Origin: a virus
UHGV virus genome: UHGV-0038965
Length of the DNA: 27,823 nucleotides
Reading direction: 5' to 3' (one strand)
In this document: positions 25,656 to 27,823 of the stretch, piece after piece
Numbering within the stretch: the stretch's first letter is position 1
Layout of the letters: each line of letters opens with the position of its first letter
Made by a program: the position numbers and the translations under genes
Notes under the pieces: model-generated
What the model was told of the DNA's origin: nothing
The model's database searches: none
The model's input: the letters and a program-made list of their open reading frames with translations, nothing else

Positions 25656-27062
25656 ATGGCTGATATATCAACACCCAACCTCGACTATAACGATATGCTG
25701 GAGGCGTGGGATATTAACGACGCACTGATGGGCGGTACGCTTGAAATGCGCAGGCAGGGGGAAAATTATCTCCCAAAATGGCCTAACGAAGATGAAGACG
25801 CTTATAAAAAACGCCTGTCTGTGGCTACGCTACTTCCTGTGTATGAAGAAAGCATCAAGCAAAATATTGGGCGCATATTTGCAGAGCCGACAGTATTGAG
25901 TGAGGAAACGCCGGCAAAAATCAGGGAATATGCAGAAAATATCGACATGGAGGGGAGCCGACTGGATGTGTGGGCGCAGCAATTTTTCAGCCTCGCATTT
26001 CAGTATGGTGTGGCACATGCGCTGGTGGACTATCCACGAACGGATATGAAAGAGATTCGTACAAAAGCCGATGAAAACGCGACCGGTGGTCGTCCGTACG
26101 TTACGATGCTGAATCCACGCCAGGTTATTGGATGGAAATCGAAAGTTGAAAAAGGGAAAGTTGTTCTCACTGATTTGCGTATAAAAGAGGTCATCATTAT
26201 TGATGGTGATGATTTCGGGCAGAAGAAGGTGGAGCAGATCCGCCATATTATGCCCCGTCGAGTTGAAATTTATCGACGTAGCGAAGGCACTAATGGCGAA
26301 TCTGTCTGGACGCTTCATGAGTCATGGAATACCAGCCGTGATGATATTCCTCTGGTAACACTGTACACGAAGAAAACAGGATTTATGCGTGGTACACCGC
26401 CATTGCTTAATCTTGGCTTGCTGAATATCAAGCACTGGCAAAGCCAGAGCGAGCAGGACAATATTCTTCATGTTACCCGCGTTCCATTGCTGGTGGCCTA
26501 CGGGCTGGACAGGAATGAAGAACTGACGGTTGGTGCATCCACCGCTACGATTTTTGAGGACAGAACAAAAAATGGCCTCGAATATGTTGAACATAGTGGC
26601 GCAGCGATAGAATCTGGCGAAACATCACTTGAGAAGCTGGAAAATCAGATGCGTCATGCCGGCGCTAAACTTCTGCGTGCTGAAAATACATCCACCAAAT
26701 CTGTTGATCAGACTAATGAAGAGCGAATGCAGGAAAACTCGCCGCTTTATACAATGGCGAACTCCCTCGAAGATGCCCTCGATAATATTCTCCAGATAAT
26801 GGCGGAATGGATCGGAGAGAGTTGCGGTGGCAATGTGGATGTGCGCACTGAACTGGATGTATCTGCCCAGGTGTTTGACTCATCCTCCGCGCTGGCTGTT
26901 CAGTCATTGCGTCAGGGCGGTGATATACGTCAGATTGATGCGGTTCGGGTGTTGCAGGCGTTGAAATTTATCGATCAGGATTCCCGTCCAGAGGAAGTGA
27001 TCGATGAATTAAAAAATCAGAGTGTAATGCTGATGGAAATCAATGATGCAAACCGTGAATGA
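25656..27062 (+). CDS. Portal protein (468 aa)
   Basis: Size and position immediately after terL; followed by a head-morphogenesis gene. Sequence-level identification is not certain. Confidence 0.7.
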   Translation: MADISTPNLDYNDMLEAWDINDALMGGTLEMRRQGENYLPKWPNEDEDAYKKRLSVATLLPVYEESIKQNIGRIFAEPTVLSEETPAKIREYAENIDMEGSRLDVWAQQFFSLAFQYGVAHALVDYPRTDMKEIRTKADENATGGRPYVTMLNPRQVIGWKSKVEKGKVVLTDLRIKEVIIIDGDDFGQKKVEQIRHIMPRRVEIYRRSEGTNGESVWTLHESWNTSRDDIPLVTLYTKKTGFMRGTPPLLNLGLLNIKHWQSQSEQDNILHVTRVPLLVAYGLDRNEELTVGASTATIFEDRTKNGLEYVEHSGAAIESGETSLEKLENQMRHAGAKLLRAENTSTKSVDQTNEERMQENSPLYTMANSLEDALDNILQIMAEWIGESCGGNVDVRTELDVSAQVFDSSSALAVQSLRQGGDIRQIDAVRVLQALKFIDQDSRPEEVIDELKNQSVMLMEINDANRE

Positions 27063-27792
27063 ACGGCTGCGTGATGAATCAATTGCTCATGCAGTCTGGA
27101 TATCCCGCTATAGCACTGGCGTGGCTGCCAGAATGGTGAAAATACTGAATGACAGCGATGCGGAACTTACTGCTCGCCTGCTGATAGCACTGGACAGCCT
27201 CGATCCAGGTAATTTTACCGTTAAGCGCCTGGAGTCACTTCTGGCGAGCGTCAGAAAGGTTAACCGCACTGCTATTAACAGCATGTTTACCAGTCTCTCC
27301 GGAGAGCTGAACGAGCTGGCAATTTATGAGGCTGGTTATCAGTTAAGTCTGTTTGATTCTATGCTACCTGATTTTGTTGCTGATGTTCACCCTCTGGTTG
27401 GTATCTCTCCTGATGCACTTTATGCCGCTGCAATGGCGCGACCATTCCAGGGACGACTGCTCAGTGAGTGGGCCTCAGATCTTGAGGCGGATCGGCTCAG
27501 ACGCATAACAAATACAGTGCGTCAGGGTTTTTTGCTGGGGGATACCAATGAGCAGATCGCAAGAAAAATTCGGGGACATGTCAGTAAGGGATTTCAGGAT
27601 GGTGCATTGCAGATGAGCCGGGCTAATGCGGCCAGCATTGCAAAAACAGCGGTTGGACATCTTGCTGCTACTGCCCGTGAGAGTTTTGCCAGCGCGAATA
27701 ATGATTTGATTAAGGGTAAGCAATGGTTATCAACGCTTGATAATCGTACTACGCCACAATGTCGAATCAGGGATCGCCTCAAATATAGGTAG
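27043..27792 (+). CDS. Head morphogenesis protein (SPP1 gp7 / Mu F-like minor head protein), 249 aa
   Basis: Position after the portal gene; the C-terminal TTPQCR motif resembles gp7/F-family proteins. Shorter than typical family members; stop at 27790-27792. Confidence 0.6.
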   Translation: MMQTVNERLRDESIAHAVWISRYSTGVAARMVKILNDSDAELTARLLIALDSLDPGNFTVKRLESLLASVRKVNRTAINSMFTSLSGELNELAIYEAGYQLSLFDSMLPDFVADVHPLVGISPDALYAAAMARPFQGRLLSEWASDLEADRLRRITNTVRQGFLLGDTNEQIARKIRGHVSKGFQDGALQMSRANAASIAKTAVGHLAATARESFASANNDLIKGKQWLSTLDNRTTPQCRIRDRLKYR

Positions 27793-27823
27793 TGACTCCA
27801 ACTTACTGATAGTGCTTTATGTT

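Noticed and set aside
25830-26594. Minus-strand ORFs (25830-26318, 26322-26594) inside the portal gene
   Set aside because: Antisense to a long, well-placed structural gene; they are frame shadows.

Overview
This window is the left ~28 kb of a mosaic lambdoid prophage integrated at the phage-lambda attachment site, running from attL through the early, immunity, replication, nin, Q, lysis and packaging modules. All protein identifications are from my own reading and memory of the families; no database search was run. Bases 1-46 are host flank, followed by the attL core (47-61) and a leftward early operon: int, xis, orf55, an Ea8.5-like gene, accessory genes, Ea22-like, TraR-like, exo, bet and gam. 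The immunity region has a LexA-like CI repressor, Cro/YdaS-like and YdaT-like regulators, and no recognisable N. Rightward follow lambda-type O (with embedded ori iterons), P and ren, a DLP12-like nin region (NinB/YbcN, NinE, YbcO, RusA, YlcG, 82-type Q), a convergent porin moron, a phage-21-type lysis cassette, a TrkG-like moron, a ParB-like/glycosyltransferase-like pair, and TerS, TerL, portal and head-morphogenesis genes. The best candidates for undescribed biology are: (1) an AT-rich two-gene cassette co-transcribed downstream of cI in the rexAB position, (2) the ParB-like plus GT-A-like pair upstream of the terminase, (3) a self-contained 169-aa membrane-protein moron in the nin region, and (4) an N-less pL operon with a structured leader. 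The Q gene carries a 10-N scaffold gap with duplicated flanks, which is an assembly artefact.
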